Shown: positions 63,575-64,000 of the stretch, piece by piece
Position numbering within the stretch: the stretch's first letter is position 1
Layout: every line of letters begins with the position of its first letter
Source: Octopus vulgaris
Lineage: Eukaryota
NCBI GenBank assembly: GCA_951406725.2
Contig: OX597836.1
Span: 28,954,001-29,018,000, forward strand
Direction: 5' to 3'
Length of the DNA: 64,000 nt
Notes under the pieces: model-generated
Database searches by the model: none
Seen by the model: the letters and a program-made list of their open reading frames with translations, nothing else
Told to the model about the DNA's origin: nothing
Position numbers and translations under genes: made by a program

Positions 63575-63767
63575 CAATGAAATGGCTAAATTCTCTAAAT
63601 ATATAGACAATGCTGCTTCGACAGCACCACCACCTGGAACAACGGATTTAGACTCAAGCACACGCTTCACTACACAGAGGGCATCATGCATGGATCGTTC
63701 CATTTCATCGCACATATAATCATTGGCACCACGCAAAATGATTGAGGCAGCGGTGCGTGCCTTAGGA
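63575..63767 (-). CDS. TCP1: T-complex protein 1 subunit alpha (CCT1), internal exon: PKARTAASIILRGANDYMCDEMERSMHDALCVVKRVLESKSVVPGGGAVEAALSIYLENLAISL
   Basis: Near-identical to known CCT-alpha sequence (VPGGGAVE chaperonin motif); tttcag acceptor, GTGAGT donor. The gene continues beyond the window end. Confidence 0.97.
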
Positions 63768-64000
63768 CTGAAATAAAAGAGAAATTAATCTCAATCTCAG
63801 ACAACAAAAATGGGAAATAAACAATGATTAATTCAGATATACGAGTGCTTAATTGGTAAATACCAAGGAAAAGAAAAAGATAAAGCAAAATGACAGAATT
63901 CTTGGATTTAGGGAAGTCTGGAGCGACAATATTTATTGGATGTAGGGAGATTTAATTTAATTCAGGAGTGATAATATTTACTGTAGAGAGAGATTTAAGA

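Overview
AT-rich, microsatellite-saturated eukaryotic DNA, most likely an octopus or other coleoid cephalopod (inferred from the repeat families). Two convergent genes are present. (1) On the + strand is the 3' part of WASHC2/FAM21: 13 exons between 26861 and 58503 with GT-AG boundaries and consistent phases, about 705 codons, encoding LF-acidic repeats, a capping-protein-interaction (CPI)-like motif and a terminal LFDDPL motif. I found no exon in the first ~26.8 kb, which is probably one very large intron of this gene. (2) On the - strand are the last three exons of TCP1/CCT-alpha (60211-63767). The rest is transposon-derived: four tRNA-derived SINE families, RTE, CR1 and Penelope-like retroelement remnants, mariner, piggyBac- and hAT-type MITEs and a Helitron, often nested inside one another. 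The most noteworthy observations are short TA-embedded elements carrying Penelope-type minimal hammerhead ribozyme motifs, a long-range inverted RTE pair bracketing 11 WASHC2 exons (a back-splicing/circRNA-like layout), several close inverted SINE pairs (possible ADAR substrates), a perfect-TIR MITE with a 6-7 bp TSD and internal telomeric hexamers, and an unusual ...DPHDDCC* C-terminus on TCP1. Almost all ORFs in the supplied track are microsatellite artefacts. I see no clear evidence for a wholly new biological system; the findings are candidates to test.
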